Part shown: piece by piece, positions 44,357 through 46,440 of the stretch
How positions within the stretch are numbered: position 1 is the first letter of the stretch
Layout: each line of letters begins with the position of its first letter
Origin: a virus
Taxonomy: Duplodnaviria; Caudoviricetes
Virus record (IMG/VR): IMGVR_UViG_3300017965_000003
Coordinates: 1-46,440 of that record
DNA length: 46,440 nt
Reading direction: 5' to 3' (one strand)
Translations under genes and position numbers: made by a program
Notes under the pieces: model-generated
Databases searched by the model: none
Seen by the model: the letters and a program-made list of their open reading frames with translations, nothing else
Told to the model about the DNA's origin: nothing

Positions 44357-45244
44357 ATGATGGTCAGCCGAGCAGCCAAGCAGACGACGGCCCAGGCCGG
44401 CATGCAAGCGGTCTACCGCAAGACGGCCGACCTCGTGCCCTACGCCCGCAACGCCCGGGTCCACACGCCCAACCAGATCGCGCAGATCAAGTCGCTCATC
44501 GTCGAGTACGGGTGGACGAATCCGGTACTGGCCGATACCGATGGCATCGTGGCAGGTCACGGTCGAGTCATGGCCGCCAACGAGCTGTACGAAGCCGGCG
44601 TGTCGATCCGCCTTCCAAGCGGTGACCTGCTGCCGGCCGGCACGGTGCCGGTCATCGACTGCACCGGTTGGTCGCAGACGCAGCGGCGCGCGTACATCAT
44701 CGCGGACAACAAGTCGGCCCTGAACGCGAGCTGGGACAACGAGCTGCTGCAGCTCGAATTGGCCGAGCTGAACGCGCTTGCCTTCGACATGAACCTGATC
44801 GGCTTCACCGAGGACGAGCTGATCGAAATGGTCGAGGGCGAGGCCGACGAAGCCTCGTTGCGGCACTACGCCGAGACGGTGAACACGCCGGTCTACAGCC
44901 CTAAGGGAGACAAGCCGACGACGAGCGCGCTGGTCGACTCCACGAAGCGGCAGGAGCTGACCGACGCGATTCGCGCATCGTCCGAAATCACCGAAGACGA
45001 ACGTGCGTTCCTGCTGCTGGCAGCGGCGCGTCACAACGTCTTCGATTACCACCAGATCGCGGAGTATTACTGCCACGCGAGCCCGGCCATGCAGTGCCTG
45101 ATGGAGGACTCGGCCCTGGTCATCATCGACTTCAAGAAGGCCATCACGGCCGGCTTCGTGCGCATGAGCGAAAGGCTCGGCGAGGTCTTCCAGGACAGCT
45201 ACCCCGATGCGGACGACGGAGGCTCGGATGACGATGCGCAGTGA
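44357..45244 (+). CDS. ParB/Srx N-terminal domain fused to an uncharacterised C-terminal domain
   Basis: LVPYARNARVH...YGWTNPVL...AGHGRV...YIIADNK...WD; C-terminal FLLLAAARHNVFDY...LMEDSALVIIDF. Confidence 0.85.
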   Translation: MMVSRAAKQTTAQAGMQAVYRKTADLVPYARNARVHTPNQIAQIKSLIVEYGWTNPVLADTDGIVAGHGRVMAANELYEAGVSIRLPSGDLLPAGTVPVIDCTGWSQTQRRAYIIADNKSALNASWDNELLQLELAELNALAFDMNLIGFTEDELIEMVEGEADEASLRHYAETVNTPVYSPKGDKPTTSALVDSTKRQELTDAIRASSEITEDERAFLLLAAARHNVFDYHQIAEYYCHASPAMQCLMEDSALVIIDFKKAITAGFVRMSERLGEVFQDSYPDADDGGSDDDAQ

Positions 45245-46085
45245 CTTCGCCGCGCTGATCCTCACGCATGGCCGACCCGACCGCGTGCTGACGTTCAACA
45301 CGCTGCGTCGCTGCGGGTACACGGGCCGCATCATCATCGTCGTCGACAACGAGGACAAGACGTACGACCAGTACCGGGCGCGCTTCGCCGAGGTCGTGGT
45401 CTTCGACAAGAAGGCGGTCGCGGCACGCATCGACGAAGGCGACAACTTCAACGATCGGCGCGCGATCATCTACGCGCGGAACGCGAGCTTCGACGTCGCG
45501 CGTGACCTCGGCCTGCGGTACTTCATCCAGCTCGACGACGACTACACGCGGTTCAACCACAAGCGCAAGCCGGACAACACGTACCACGATGCGCGCATCC
45601 TGAATCTCGATGCGGTCTTCACGGTCATGGTCGACTACTTCGAGCAGGCACCTCGGGTGCATGCCCTCGCGATGGCGCAGGGCGGCGACTTCATGGGCGG
45701 GCCTGCAGGCACCAACTGGCGCAAGCCGAGTCGCAAGTGCATGAACAGCTTCATCTGCGCGGTCGATCGGCCCTTCGAGTTCTCGGGTCGGATCAACGAG
45801 GACGTGAACACGTACACGCACCTCGGCTCGCGCGGTGGTCTGTTCCTGACGACCATGTGCGTCGGCCTGCAGCAGCTCATGACCCAGGCCAACCCAGGTG
45901 GCATGACGGAGATGTACCTCGCGAGCGGGACCTACGTGAAGTCCTTCTACAGCGTGATGTACCAGCCTTCGTCGGTCACGATCGGCCTCTACCCGACCGA
46001 GAACACCCGCCTGCACCATGTCGTCGAGTGGCGCAACACGGTCCCCGCGATCCTCGACGAGAGCTGGAAGAAAGTCCCTGCATGA
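45228..46085 (+). CDS. GT-A fold glycosyltransferase (TET-associated/GREB1-like type)
   Basis: ILTHGRP, IVVDNED, YARN, QLDDDY (DxD), MNSF, GRINEDVN, TQANPGGMT, YVKSFY, RLHH. Confidence 0.85.
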   Translation: MTMRSDFAALILTHGRPDRVLTFNTLRRCGYTGRIIIVVDNEDKTYDQYRARFAEVVVFDKKAVAARIDEGDNFNDRRAIIYARNASFDVARDLGLRYFIQLDDDYTRFNHKRKPDNTYHDARILNLDAVFTVMVDYFEQAPRVHALAMAQGGDFMGGPAGTNWRKPSRKCMNSFICAVDRPFEFSGRINEDVNTYTHLGSRGGLFLTTMCVGLQQLMTQANPGGMTEMYLASGTYVKSFYSVMYQPSSVTIGLYPTENTRLHHVVEWRNTVPAILDESWKKVPA

Positions 46086-46440
46086 GCCACCCGTTCTACG
46101 GCACGACGGCATGGAAGGCCGCACGATTGGCCTGCCTCAAGCGGCAGGGCTTCGCGTGTGACTTCTGCGGATGCTCGATCGCGGGTCGTGGCGCGGCGCG
46201 CGTCGACCACATCAAGCGACGCGACACGCACCCGCAGCTCGCCCTGGCCTCGACGAACCTGCGCGGCCTCTGCCCCGAGTGCGACAACCGCAGGCACGCC
46301 GAGAAGGGCGGGCAGGACGTCGCGCTGCGGCGTGCCGACGCGGACGGCATGCCCACCGACCCGCGCCACCACTGGAACGCCCCGGGGCACCAGCTCGGTG
46401 CAGGGGGGGAGGACGGCCGGCTTTGTCACGAAGCCTCTAC
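46082..46440 (+). CDS. HNH endonuclease (packaging-associated), no stop within the window
   Basis: FYGTTAWKAAR...CDFCG...VDHIK...NLRGLCPECDNRRH...DGMPTDPRHHW; ATGA-coupled; missing from the ORF track because it lacks a stop. Confidence 0.85.
   Translation, partial: MSHPFYGTTAWKAARLACLKRQGFACDFCGCSIAGRGAARVDHIKRRDTHPQLALASTNLRGLCPECDNRRHAEKGGQDVALRRADADGMPTDPRHHWNAPGHQLGAGGEDGRLCHEAS

Larger units (their letters stand above)
1..46440. mobile_element. Temperate siphovirus-like phage genome, probably complete and circularly opened at terS
   Basis: Head, tail, integration and replication modules all present; HNH at the end adjoins terS at the start; no host genes visible. Confidence 0.9.

Noticed and set aside
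1-46440. tRNA, rRNA or ribozyme genes
   Set aside because: No cloverleaf with T-loop motif or ribozyme core recognised by eye; not excluded without tRNAscan/Infernal

Overview
The window looks like an essentially complete, GC-rich temperate siphophage genome (HK97-type head, lambda/T1-like tail tip), opened just upstream of terS. The host is probably a proteobacterium (inference). Layout: (1) packaging and virion genes at 54-23294: TerS, TerL, protease-capsid fusion, portal placed after the capsid, collagen-like protein, neck, tail tube, frameshifted chaperones, tape measure, tail tip and fibres. (2) An AlpA/Xis-like gene divergent from an accessory operon that includes a large secreted beta-helix protein (23350-29268). 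(3) A roughly 6 kb array of about 17 small genes including ardA (29288-35146). It is organised by three repeated units of hairpin + two palindromic TAACT-N5-AGTTA operators + promoter, and contains an XRE-type HTH. (4) A large serine recombinase and a leftward recombination operon with a RecE-like exonuclease. (5) A control region with 5 x 10-bp tandem repeats but no recognisable CI repressor, followed by a Cro-like gene, a replication initiator with internal heptamer repeats, RusA, a ParB-N fusion / GT-A glycosyltransferase pair and an HNH nuclease that runs off the end. The most notable signals are the operator-repeat anti-defence-like regulon, the ParB-N + glycosyltransferase module with no base-oxidising partner, the absence of a recognisable endolysin and CI repressor, and structured-RNA candidates flanking the capsid gene. 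All family assignments come from motif recognition, not database searches.
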